The notes: a model not told the origin generated them from the letters alone. Positions 1 through 8,997 are shown, numbered from the stretch's first letter. The stretch is DNA of 20,181 nt from Cyanobacteria bacterium P01_D01_bin.156 (GCA_039024555.1 JBCCQQ010000085.1:1-20181), one strand, 5' to 3'. Translations and numbers: made by a program.

Positions 1-79
1 CCTCCGGGGTAGCGCAGTCTTCCAGCAGTTCGTCTAGTAAGTCATCAACGCGGTTCGGTTCTTTTTTCTTGCGGGCCAT
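1..79 (-). CDS. IS256-family transposase, N-terminal fragment (not in ORF track)
   Basis: ATG at 79 on the minus strand, AGGAG at 88-92. Translates MARKKKEPNRVDDLLDELLEDCATPE..., matching the 'LLDELL...PE' start of IS256/mutator transposases. The frame is open to the window edge. Confidence 0.8.
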   Translation of the reverse strand, partial: MARKKKEPNRVDDLLDELLEDCATPE

Positions 80-139
80 GGGGCGATCTCCTGATGTACA
101 TGGATGATAGATCGCTTACACAAAATTCTGTACAGTCCC
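1..139 (-). mobile_element. Left end of an IS256-family insertion sequence (continues beyond the window start)
   Basis: The minus strand from 139 reads GGGACTGTACAGAATTTTGTGTAA, which resembles IS256-family terminal inverted repeats. It is followed by an AGGAG RBS and a transposase-like N-terminus. Confidence 0.8.
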
Positions 140-167
140 TTCTGCAAGGAACTTAAAAGGTTATCTA

Positions 168-237
168 AGCCCCCTTCCGTCCCCCAATTCTGGGGGAAAC
201 TACACTCAAAGCCCCCAAAGTTAGGAGTTGAGGGTCT
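168..237. repeat. Degenerate cyanobacterial short dispersed palindromic repeat (CCCCCAATTCTGGGGG type)
   Basis: Hairpin CCCCCA-ATTC-TGGGGG at 181-196 and a decayed second unit CCCCCAAAGTTAGGAG at 212-227. The outer arms AGCCCCCT (168-175) and AGGGTCT (231-237) are imperfectly complementary. Confidence 0.6.
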
Positions 238-371
238 GAATAATGTTTAGTTACTTTGAACATTGCTCCTTAGAAGATTGAATAATCGCTTGAATTACCT
301 CCGTGGTTATCAAAGGTGCCGAAGGCTTTATCCTAGATAAACTAGATCATTGACGAATATCCACGGAGCCC

Positions 372-1685
372 ATGTCTGTATCTTCGGTTGCTGTTGAGAA
401 TTCTTTGGTTGCGATCGCTACCTCCACCCGCCAAGCAGCCCTTTCCCTAGCCAGTCTTTCCACTCAGCAAAAGAATGACGCCATCGAATCTATCGCCCAG
501 GCGCTAGAAGCGGCGGCACCGGAAATTACGGCTGCCAACGAAGCAGACCTAAAAGCGGCCCTGGAAGACAATTTAGCCAAACCCCTCTACGGTCGGCTGA
601 AATTGGATACCGTGAAGCTAAAGGGTGCCATTAAGGGCGTGCGGGATGTGGCTAAGCTGCCAGACCCCGCTGGGTCCGTGCAGATTCACCGAGAATTAGA
701 CGACGGTCTGGTACTAAAGCGGATTGCATGTCCCTTGGGCGTACTGGGCATTATTTTTGAGTCCCGCCCCGACGCGGTGATGCAAATTTCCACCCTGGCG
801 GTAAAGTCCGGCAACGGGGTGATTCTTAAGGGTGGTAAAGAAGCAGTCCGGTCCTGTCAGGCCCTAGTCAAAGCAATCCGTCAGGGGCTGACCAATGCCG
901 GGGTGGATGCCAATGCCGTGCAGCTGTTGACCACCCGTGAAGAGACTCGGGCACTGTTAGAGCTGGATAAGTTTGTTGATCTGATTATCCCTCGTGGGTC
1001 CAATGCTTTTGTGCGGTTCGTGCAGGAAAATACGCGCATTCCGGTGCTAGGCCATGCGGATGGGATTTGTCATTTGTATGTGGATACCGCTGCTGACTTA
1101 GAGAAAACTGCCAAAATTGCGGTGGATGCCAAGGTGGGCTACCCATCTGCTTGCAATGCCATTGAAACCCTGTTGGTACATCGAGGTATTGCGGCTAAGG
1201 CACTCCCCATTCTGGCGAACGCGCTACAGCAAAAGGGTGTAAAACTCCTAGGAGATGAGGCTAGCCGAGCAATTCTCACCGATATTCAACCGGCTACGGA
1301 AGAAGACTGGTCTACTGAGTACAGCGATCTGATTTTGGCCATTAAAGTGGTGGACTCGGTGGATAGGGCCATTGACCACATTAATACCTATGGCTCTCGT
1401 CATACGGATGCGATCGCAACTGAAGACCAAGCCACAGCCGATAAATTTATGGCCCAGGTAGATGCTGCGGGTGTGTATCACAACTGCTCCACCCGCTTTG
1501 CCGATGGTTTTCGCTATGGCTTTGGTGCCGAAGTAGGAATCAGCACCCAAAAAATGCCTCCCCGTGGACCAGTGGGTCTAGAAGGTCTGGTGACCTACAA
1601 ATATCAGGTAGTGGGCAACGGTCACATTGTTGCCACCTACTCCGGCGAAAATGCAAAACCCTTTACTCACCGTGATTTAGTCTAG
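372..1685 (+). CDS. proA: Glutamate-5-semialdehyde dehydrogenase (gamma-glutamyl phosphate reductase)
   Basis: Motifs [28 protein letters not shown], catalytic ACNAIETLL and [20 protein letters not shown]...[16 protein letters not shown] upstream. Confidence 0.97.
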   Translation: MSVSSVAVENSLVAIATSTRQAALSLASLSTQQKNDAIESIAQALEAAAPEITAANEADLKAALEDNLAKPLYGRLKLDTVKLKGAIKGVRDVAKLPDPAGSVQIHRELDDGLVLKRIACPLGVLGIIFESRPDAVMQISTLAVKSGNGVILKGGKEAVRSCQALVKAIRQGLTNAGVDANAVQLLTTREETRALLELDKFVDLIIPRGSNAFVRFVQENTRIPVLGHADGICHLYVDTAADLEKTAKIAVDAKVGYPSACNAIETLLVHRGIAAKALPILANALQQKGVKLLGDEASRAILTDIQPATEEDWSTEYSDLILAIKVVDSVDRAIDHINTYGSRHTDAIATEDQATADKFMAQVDAAGVYHNCSTRFADGFRYGFGAEVGISTQKMPPRGPVGLEGLVTYKYQVVGNGHIVATYSGENAKPFTHRDLV

Positions 1686-1726
1686 GTGCGTTACTGTTTA
1701 GACATTATTGATTGACCAGCTGGCCC

Positions 1727-2812
1727 ATGCTGACCTCGATTCAAATTGAAAACTTTCGTTGCTTCGACCAAATTAAGGTCGATGGGCTTAACCGCGTTAA
1801 TTTGATCGCTGGAAAGAACAATGTTGGTAAAACCGCTTTCTTAGAAGCGATTGGAATCTGGTCTACAGGGCTGAATCCAGTAGGGTTGACCTACCTCAGT
1901 AGTACACGGATTCCACTTGAAAAAATCACCCCAGACATCGCTCGAGAGCTATTACTAACTCCGTTATTCAAGGACTTTGACGAAAGTAAAACCATTAGTA
2001 TTACGGGTTCTGTTGGCCATTCAGGCATACATACTCTTGAGATTAAAAACAATCGAGCTGTTCCTCATGAAATAGCTATAAACCAAGAACAATATGCACC
2101 TAGCTTGGAAGCAGTTGCGTCGAACTTGAGCCAAACTCTAAAGTTACGCTACATGTCCTCCGAAGGACAATCCATGGAAGGCCGATTTTGGATTGAGGGT
2201 AACAATAGCAAAATTCAGGTTCAGGGAGATGCAGTGGAATTAGCAGCTCCACCTATCTCTGTATCTATGATTCTTGCTAATAGTCGTCAAAATAGTAGGA
2301 TTCAGTCTGAAATGTTCGGACGATTAGAATTAGCAAACAGTGATTATGGTTTAGTTGAAAGCTTAAAACTAATAGAACCAAGGTTAAAACGAATTAGAAC
2401 TATTGTGATTAGTGGGCTGCCAATTTTATATGGGGACATTGGCTTGCCACGACTCATACCACTATCCTTGATGGGCGAAGGCTTAAATCGTCTAGTTGCA
2501 ATTCTATTAACTCTTGCCAACCATCGTGATGAATTGGTGCTAATTGATGAAATTGAGACTGGACTACATCATTCTGTTCTCCCTAATGTTTGGAAAGTAA
2601 TTAACGATGCAGCTCATCGCTTTAATGTCCAGGTAATTGCAACAACACATAGTTATGAATGTATAGAAGCAGCTCACAACATATTCTCCGAAAATGGGCA
2701 TTACGATTTTCGTTTGCACCGAATTGATCGAATCAAAAACGAATTCAAACCCGTGACTTACGATCAAGAAGCCTTAGAAGGTTCTGTGCAAGAGTTTTTT
2801 GAGGTGCGCTAA
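1727..2812 (+). CDS. ABC-type ATPase, AAA_15/AAA_21 (AbiEii/OLD/AriA-like) family
   Basis: N-terminal IQIENFRCF, Walker A GKNNVGKT, signature variant MGEG, Walker B LVLIDEIE, D-loop region TGLH and H-loop TTHS. ATG at 1727 preferred over TTG at 1712. Confidence 0.9.
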   Translation: MLTSIQIENFRCFDQIKVDGLNRVNLIAGKNNVGKTAFLEAIGIWSTGLNPVGLTYLSSTRIPLEKITPDIARELLLTPLFKDFDESKTISITGSVGHSGIHTLEIKNNRAVPHEIAINQEQYAPSLEAVASNLSQTLKLRYMSSEGQSMEGRFWIEGNNSKIQVQGDAVELAAPPISVSMILANSRQNSRIQSEMFGRLELANSDYGLVESLKLIEPRLKRIRTIVISGLPILYGDIGLPRLIPLSLMGEGLNRLVAILLTLANHRDELVLIDEIETGLHHSVLPNVWKVINDAAHRFNVQVIATTHSYECIEAAHNIFSENGHYDFRLHRIDRIKNEFKPVTYDQEALEGSVQEFFEVR

Positions 2813-3432
2813 TGCCTAATCGACCTCAGCCCATTCTTAAGAATAAGTTGTTGTTAGTTGAAGGCAAAGATACAGAGGCGTTCATAACAGTCCTCCTAAG
2901 CGTTTCCGGTTTAGACGATTTACAAGTCTTGGATTTTGGGAATGTTGAAAATTTTCGACCCTTTATAAAAGGACTTGTTAATCGGCTCGATTTTCGACAA
3001 ATAGATATTCAATCTATTGGGGTTATCAGAGATGCAGAGCAGAATTCATCTGCTGCATTTGTTTCCGTCTGTGATGCGCTTAAAGCAGCCAATCTAGATA
3101 GTCCTGACCAAGTAGAAAAAATTACGACAGGAGAACCCAGAACAGGTATTTATCTATTACCAGGTCTTAATGCAACATCAGGTATGTTGGAAGACCTGTG
3201 CCTCAATATGCTTGATAAAGACGTGGCCATAAAATGTGTTGAGCAATATTTTCATTGCTTGACTAGTCAAGGCGTTGAGCAGCCTAAAAATTCTGCTAAG
3301 GCGAAAATCACCGCTTTTTTAGCTTCTCGATCTGAATTGAAACAACGTGTGGGCTATGCCATGAATCAAGACTATTGGAATTGGGAGCATCCTTGCCTCA
3401 ATCCGCTTAAAGATTTTCTCAAGCAATTGTAA
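2812..3432 (+). CDS. DUF3226-like protein with a TOPRIM-type acidic motif (putative nuclease)
   Basis: LLLVEGKD (TOPRIM glutamate motif), GVIRDAE (DxD-like), GMLEDLC and C-terminal YWNWEHP..PLKDFL. Start overlaps the ATPase stop (TAATG, 2810-2814). Confidence 0.75.
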   Translation: MPNRPQPILKNKLLLVEGKDTEAFITVLLSVSGLDDLQVLDFGNVENFRPFIKGLVNRLDFRQIDIQSIGVIRDAEQNSSAAFVSVCDALKAANLDSPDQVEKITTGEPRTGIYLLPGLNATSGMLEDLCLNMLDKDVAIKCVEQYFHCLTSQGVEQPKNSAKAKITAFLASRSELKQRVGYAMNQDYWNWEHPCLNPLKDFLKQL

Positions 3433-3448
3433 ATCACGTTCGTTATCT

Positions 3449-4906
3449 ATGAGTGTATTAGAGAGTCCTACATCGTCATTAGAAAATCAACCCACCTGGC
3501 AACAGTCCATAGCGCAACCAGCTAAAGAATTTCCCCTAACACCGTTACCTGTTTTATCGGGTAAGCTTCCCAGTGGGCTTCGAGGCAGTCTCTATCGTAA
3601 TGGCCCAGGACGGCTAGAGCGCGGTGGTCAACAGGTAGGCCACTGGTTTGATGGCGATGGTGCTATCCTTGGTGTCCACTTTACTGGGACAGATGCCAGC
3701 GGTGTCTATCGCTATGTAAAAACAGATATCTACAACGCGGAAGAGCAGACCGAGCGGTTTATTGGCTATAACTACGGCACCTACCCACCCGGTAACTACT
3801 GGCAGCGGATGACGGCTCCCCTAAAAAATGCGGCCAATACATCGGTGATGGCAGCCACCAACCGCCTGCTTACACTGTGGGAAGCAGGTTCTCCCTATGC
3901 CTTGGATTTGCAAACGCTGGAAACTCAAGGTTTAGATAATTTGGGCAGTGGCAATGCCAGCTTTTGCTGTTCTGCCCATCCTAAACGAGACCCGATAACA
4001 GGGGATATTTTCAACTTTGGTGTAGCTGTTAGCTCGCCTCGGCCCAAGTTAATGCTGTATCGTATCAGTCCCCAAGGCCAAATAAAACAACAAAAACAAC
4101 ATGAGCTGGGTTGTTTCACCATAATTCATGATTTTCTCATGGCGGGGCCGTATCTAGTGGTGATTGTTCCTCCCCTACGTGCCCACTTACCCTCGTTGTT
4201 GCTACGGTTAAAAACCTTTAGTCATTGTTTGCAGTGGAAGCCTGAGCTAGGAACACAGATTTTAGTCTTTGACCGCGATACCTTTGAGCTGGTGAGTCGA
4301 AATACGGTGGAACCCTGGTTTAATTGGCACGTGGGCAATGGCTGTGTGGACAGTGACGGTCAGATTGTTGTTGACATGCCCCGATTAGATAACTGGGACA
4401 GCAACCAACGACTGGCGGAGGTGGTTACAGGAGACCTAAAAACAGAAGCATTTGCCTATCTCCATCGATTACGGATAGATCCAGCGACTGCCCGTGTTAC
4501 CCATACAGAACAACTGAGCGATTTTCCCTGTGAATTTCTCACGGTTAATCCTACGGATGTGGGACAGCCCTGGCGATATACCTATCTCAATGTGAATACT
4601 AAATCACCAGACGCAGGGCGAGATAAGGACTGGTTTAATGCCATAGGTCGTATGGATTATCAAACGGGCGAGCTGACAGTGTCTAACTTGGATGATGGAT
4701 ATTACCCAGTAGAAGCGATCTATGCAGGAGATGCGGAAAATGATCGTCAGGGTTGGATTTTGACAGTTGTTTATAACGGCTCAGAACACCGAAGTGAAGT
4801 GTGGGTGTTTGATAGCGATCGCATCGATGATGACCCTGTCTGTCGTCTGGGACTACCGGAGGTAATCCCCCTAAGCTTCCATGGCACCTGGCGACCGGCA
4901 GTTTAA
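3449..4906 (+). CDS. Carotenoid oxygenase family protein (RPE65/CCD)
   Basis: LRGSLYRNGPG, HWFDGDG and NAANTSV motifs. Four candidate Fe-binding His: SAHPK, IHDF, NWHVGN, SFHGTW. Confidence 0.93.
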   Translation: MSVLESPTSSLENQPTWQQSIAQPAKEFPLTPLPVLSGKLPSGLRGSLYRNGPGRLERGGQQVGHWFDGDGAILGVHFTGTDASGVYRYVKTDIYNAEEQTERFIGYNYGTYPPGNYWQRMTAPLKNAANTSVMAATNRLLTLWEAGSPYALDLQTLETQGLDNLGSGNASFCCSAHPKRDPITGDIFNFGVAVSSPRPKLMLYRISPQGQIKQQKQHELGCFTIIHDFLMAGPYLVVIVPPLRAHLPSLLLRLKTFSHCLQWKPELGTQILVFDRDTFELVSRNTVEPWFNWHVGNGCVDSDGQIVVDMPRLDNWDSNQRLAEVVTGDLKTEAFAYLHRLRIDPATARVTHTEQLSDFPCEFLTVNPTDVGQPWRYTYLNVNTKSPDAGRDKDWFNAIGRMDYQTGELTVSNLDDGYYPVEAIYAGDAENDRQGWILTVVYNGSEHRSEVWVFDSDRIDDDPVCRLGLPEVIPLSFHGTWRPAV

Positions 4907-4920
4907 TAATGTGAGGGCAT

Positions 4921-5283
4921 ATGACGGACTGTATAACTGTTTCAGGGATTCGTGCCTATGGCTACATTGGAGCCTTACCTGAAGAGACTATTTTGGGTCA
5001 GTGGTTCGAAGTGGATCTAACCCTGTGGATGGATTTATCGATGGCGGGTAAATCAGACACTTTGGCGGATACCCACAACTATGCCGACATTATTCAACAA
5101 ACGCAGCACATCATTCAAACTGAAAAATTTAAGCTCATTGAACGGCTGGGGGATGCGATCATATCCCAGGCTCTGGCCAACGATCCGCGTCTAGAAAAAG
5201 TCCGGGTGACGGTTACAAAATTAACGGCCCCCGTGCCCAACTTTGATGGCCAAGTGGCCATTACCCTAGAACGGTCTCGTTAG
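4921..5283 (+). CDS. folB: Dihydroneopterin aldolase
   Basis: GYIGALPEE..LGQWFEVDL, SDTLADTHNY, FKLIERL and VTVTK. The Glu/Tyr/Glu/Lys active-site residues are present. GAGG RBS upstream. Confidence 0.95.
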   Translation: MTDCITVSGIRAYGYIGALPEETILGQWFEVDLTLWMDLSMAGKSDTLADTHNYADIIQQTQHIIQTEKFKLIERLGDAIISQALANDPRLEKVRVTVTKLTAPVPNFDGQVAITLERSR

Positions 5284-5296
5284 TGACCGGCCTGCA

Positions 5297-6940
5297 TTGG
5301 GCTCAAACTATGGGCACAAAGCTATATCATGCGGGAGCAGTGTATTCGGAAAACCATTGTTGTCTAGGTCATTGCGTCGTTGGCATCTGCCGTTGATTGT
5401 GTTGTTGGCTGCCCTGCTGCGGCTGTGGCGTCTGGCGGCAAAACCCCTGTGGGTCGATGAGCTGTACACCACGTTTTACAGCCTGGGTAAGAGCTTTGAT
5501 GAGATTCCCCTAAATACATTGTTGCCCTCCAGCGACTACTGGTCTCTGTTGGCTAGCCCAGGAACTCCCGGGCAGGCAGCTCAGGCAGTGACAGTTTATA
5601 GCAATCATCCGCCGCTGTTTTTTATGGCAATGAACCGGTGGCTAGCTAGCGTTGGCACGTCGGTCTGGAGCTTGCGAGCTTTTGCGGTGCTGTGGGGGGT
5701 GGTCGCTGTGGTTGGCATGTTTTACCTGGGCCGTCAGGTGGCCGGTCCCCAGGTGGGCAAGCTGGCGGCGCTGCTGCTGGCGGTTTCTCCCTATGGCATT
5801 TATCTCTCCCAGGAGGCGCGCCACTATAGTTTGGCGGTTGCGATCGCTATTTTTTCTCTCATTCAATGGACCGCCCTGCTGCAGGGCAAGCGTTCCCCTG
5901 GCCGCTGGCTCAGCTGGATTATTCTCAATGGTCTGGGGCCTTACATCCACTATTTCTATGCCTTTTGCATCATTGCCCAATGGCTGGTGGCTTTGGGCTA
6001 TCTGCTGCGACAGCGGCGACCAGCGTGGCTATTGGCCATGGTCGCGACGGGGCTACTGTACATTCCCCTCTTACCCACAGCGATTACCCATTTCCAAGGG
6101 GACAGCGGTACCAGCTGGTTGAGCCAGTCTACGCCGCTGTGGCAGACCGTTATTCTGCCCTGGGTACAGTCTTTGGTGGCCGGAGTATTTATGTTGGTGC
6201 TACTCCCTGTGGAGCAGGTGCCCCTAGGGGTAACCATTCCCTCAGCCTTAATTATGCTGGGGGTATTTGGTGTGGTCCTGCGACAGTTTATCAAGGGCGC
6301 AGCTAAAGAACCCCTGTTGTCCATGGGGTCGCCCCTGGTGCTCTACGGTGCGGTGGTCTTTGGCGTAATGCTGGGGATTACCTACGGTCTAGGAAAAGAT
6401 CTTACCCTGGCCCCCCGCTATTTTTTTATGCTGTATCCAGCGATTCCCCTGTTGCTTGCCCTGGGGCTGAGGCACTGTAAACCCTGGGTGTGGGGTGTTG
6501 CGATCGCAGCCGGTTTAGTCAGTCAGCTGCTGATCGCCCAAGATATTGCCCTGCTTAAACCCTATTTGCCAGGTCAGGTGGGGCGTCGCCTCGCTGCTGC
6601 GGACAAACCTACGGTGGTGCTAGTGGCTCCACAGCAGGCCAGCTATCGCGCCCGAGCCCTCAGTTATATTTTGGCCATTCCTGCAGATAGCTCCGTTGCT
6701 CAGGTGGCGTTTACTGAACCAGCCCGTACCGAACTATGGCAGCCTGTCCTGAATAATAGCGATGCCCTACCAACGGGAGAGGTCGCTCTGTGGTTGGTAG
6801 AACCCAGACGGTCTGAGCCATTTCCTAAAAATGTGGTGCTACCGCGTCATCACTGTGGTCTTCAGGGCGATCGCATTAAAACTGAAGGCACTCGGCAGCA
6901 GCTTTATCAATGTCGAGGGGTAGCTGATAGGAAAGATTGA
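5297..6940 (+). CDS. Membrane glycosyltransferase, GT-C fold (family 39/83, PMT_2-like)
   Basis: LWVDE acidic motif after the first TM segment, NHPPLFF, SQEARHYSL, PRYF and many hydrophobic segments. True start uncertain (a later TTG such as 5357 is possible). Confidence 0.85.
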   Translation: MGSNYGHKAISCGSSVFGKPLLSRSLRRWHLPLIVLLAALLRLWRLAAKPLWVDELYTTFYSLGKSFDEIPLNTLLPSSDYWSLLASPGTPGQAAQAVTVYSNHPPLFFMAMNRWLASVGTSVWSLRAFAVLWGVVAVVGMFYLGRQVAGPQVGKLAALLLAVSPYGIYLSQEARHYSLAVAIAIFSLIQWTALLQGKRSPGRWLSWIILNGLGPYIHYFYAFCIIAQWLVALGYLLRQRRPAWLLAMVATGLLYIPLLPTAITHFQGDSGTSWLSQSTPLWQTVILPWVQSLVAGVFMLVLLPVEQVPLGVTIPSALIMLGVFGVVLRQFIKGAAKEPLLSMGSPLVLYGAVVFGVMLGITYGLGKDLTLAPRYFFMLYPAIPLLLALGLRHCKPWVWGVAIAAGLVSQLLIAQDIALLKPYLPGQVGRRLAAADKPTVVLVAPQQASYRARALSYILAIPADSSVAQVAFTEPARTELWQPVLNNSDALPTGEVALWLVEPRRSEPFPKNVVLPRHHCGLQGDRIKTEGTRQQLYQCRGVADRKD

Positions 6941-7075
6941 TCACTCTGCTATGCGATCTGGCCTATGCCAGCTGCCATAGTTTCACAGATTGTCTATGTT
7001 TAATGATTCTAGTGACTATACTCAATCCAGAAAAACGCTAGAGATAATGCCCACACTATAAGGATAGGTACTACG

Positions 7076-8014
7076 ATGGTCCGAGCTTTGAATTCCTTCG
7101 TCCACATAAAACGCGGCTATCTAAAATCCTTAGGAGCCCTAACCGCCGCGACGATAGCTCTTGTATCTTCTCCGGCGTGGGCTGGAGATCCCTTTCGTTC
7201 GACAAATACTTACAACATTGGCCCCCATACAGAAGAAGCCTTTGAAGCATTTTTTCAAGAGGCCAATTATGTAGAAGCGCGGGCAGCGCTGGACAAAGCC
7301 TTAGTCTCTGAAGCGGACGAACCGATGTTACATGCCATGGCAGCATCCATGGCCTATCTAGATGAAGATTGGGAAACGGTGGCCACTGAAGCTGAGCTGA
7401 CAAAATCCACTGCGGCCACCCTGCTAGAAACCCAGCCTCTGCGGGGACATATCTATTCTGCTGTCGGCATTTTTATGGAAGGTGCCCACATGATGAGCAC
7501 TCAGGGGGTGGCTCGTAGTACACCAGCTGCCCTGGCAATGCTGCAGCAGGTATTTAACCATATGGGAGAAGCGGAAAAGATCGACAGCACCGATCCAGAA
7601 CTGAACTTGGTCAAAGGCTTTATGGATCTAATGTTGGCAGTCAATTTACCCTTTGCTGATCCAGCAGACGCCATTGAGCGACTGTCAAGCTATGGCAATC
7701 CCACCTATTTGTCTTACCGTGGTATTGCTTTGGGGTATCGCGATTTAGGGCAAATGGCTGCAGCGATGGATGCTGTAGACCAAGCCCTGGCGGCAGCCCC
7801 CGAGAATGCAGAACTGTTTTATCTCAAGGCGCAGCTGCACCGACGTCAATCAGAGACGGATGAGAGTGTAGCCATGTTTGACAAAGCCTTAGACTACGCA
7901 GCTCAGCTGCCCTCAAACTTAGCTCGCAAGATTTACAAAGAGAAGTGCCGTACCCTAGGGGGATCGCACCAGAGCTGTGGCCAGGAAGCGACTGACTTTA
8001 TTAATGGTCTTTAA
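7076..8014 (+). CDS. Sll0314/Alr1548-family TPR-repeat protein, probably exported
   Basis: Signal peptide ending SPAWA|GDPFR, DPELNLVKGFMDLMLAVNLPF, and TPR-like helices (ALAAAPENAELFYLKAQ). Confidence 0.8.
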   Translation: MVRALNSFVHIKRGYLKSLGALTAATIALVSSPAWAGDPFRSTNTYNIGPHTEEAFEAFFQEANYVEARAALDKALVSEADEPMLHAMAASMAYLDEDWETVATEAELTKSTAATLLETQPLRGHIYSAVGIFMEGAHMMSTQGVARSTPAALAMLQQVFNHMGEAEKIDSTDPELNLVKGFMDLMLAVNLPFADPADAIERLSSYGNPTYLSYRGIALGYRDLGQMAAAMDAVDQALAAAPENAELFYLKAQLHRRQSETDESVAMFDKALDYAAQLPSNLARKIYKEKCRTLGGSHQSCGQEATDFINGL

Positions 8015-8076
8015 GACGGGGGAATCCCTTACCAGGGTTTTTGCTAATTCCTTAGCTGTCGCCACCGGTAACGGTC

Positions 8077-8125
8077 AAAAAAAATAACCCCACTATTCAG
8101 TCAATCGCATAGTGGGGTTATTTTT
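8077..8125. terminator. Bidirectional intrinsic terminator
   Basis: Perfect 17-bp inverted repeat AAAAATAACCCCACTAT (8080-8096) / ATAGTGGGGTTATTTTT (8109-8125) with a 12-nt loop. T5 tail on the plus strand and T8 tail on the minus strand. Confidence 0.85.
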
Positions 8126-8499
8126 GAGGTAGCGATCCACTCCAGTCAACAAATTCAGCGGGTTGCCATGGACGCAACGCAGTCAAAGTCTCTTTGTTAA
8201 GAAATATAAAATAGGCTTATTTTTCAGGAACAGTAGCCCATTTAAAAAGGAGCAGCCCCGTTGATAAACTAGCCCTTGAAAGGCATTCAACGAGGCTGGA
8301 GACGCAGTTAGGAGGTATCTTGGCTATTAAGATAACCGGCAAAGTTTTAATCAGCCGCTAACTTAATAACTTCTTAATTGTCACCAAATAAAAAACGATA
8401 GCTAGTTGATTGAAGTTCTGTATCAGGGATAGCATTATTCGAGATAGCGTCCAAATATTGGTCTCGTCAATTAGTCCCATAAAATCTTTCCAGCTCATA

Positions 8500-8997
8500 A
8501 TGACGCTTTTGTTACAAAACGTACGTTTAATATGTTGTTTATCCCTGCAAACATTCTTTTGCAGTTTACTGTTTACCCTAGCTTCTTCAGCCTTGGCCCA
8601 TGATACCCAGTGTCAAGAGCCTGGAGAGTTTTTTGGGTTTAAGCTAGAAAACTATGCTATAGAACACCAAGGCGGGGTAACCGTAGATATTGATGTCGCC
8701 TATCGATTAATGGCGAGCTATGACGCAGACTACAGTGATTATCCAGACTTTTTGCCAATTTTGAGGGATACTCAGCAGTTTATTGGCGAGTATTCTAATG
8801 AAACCGACTATTGGGAGATGCTCAACAGAAATTTAGTCGAGCATCTTTTAGATAAATACCAACAACTTGCGGCCCTGAGGGTGGGTATCACTATCTTGCC
8901 AGAAGAACTTAGCCTGTTTGAGCCTGTTCGCTATGAAAATTATGAGCGGTTTTCTGTGGTTACGGCCACACGGCCAGATGTCTGTTTTGCCCATTGA
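8500..8997 (+). CDS. Exported hypothetical protein with a probable T-fold (FolB-like) domain
   Basis: ATG at 8500 gives a hydrophobic leader ending SSALA|HD (AxA cleavage site). The mature part aligns by eye with FolB (see findings). The ORF-track TTG start at 8410 is less plausible. Confidence 0.65.
   Translation: MTLLLQNVRLICCLSLQTFFCSLLFTLASSALAHDTQCQEPGEFFGFKLENYAIEHQGGVTVDIDVAYRLMASYDADYSDYPDFLPILRDTQQFIGEYSNETDYWEMLNRNLVEHLLDKYQQLAALRVGITILPEELSLFEPVRYENYERFSVVTATRPDVCFAH

Noticed and set aside
1248..1550. 100-aa minus-strand ORF
   Set aside because: Antisense shadow of the well-conserved proA, with no recognisable motif.
5642..6324. Four overlapping alternative-frame ORFs (108-156 aa) inside the glycosyltransferase
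   Set aside because: The GC-rich, stop-poor stretch of a membrane protein gene explains them. Their composition is not protein-like.
7071..7403. 110-aa minus-strand ORF
   Set aside because: Antisense to the TPR gene, with no motif.
8310..8361. AGGAGGT followed by a TTG-started 13-codon ORF (MAIKITGKVLISR)
   Set aside because: RBS-to-start spacing is only about 3 nt, the start codon is weak, and there is no other support.
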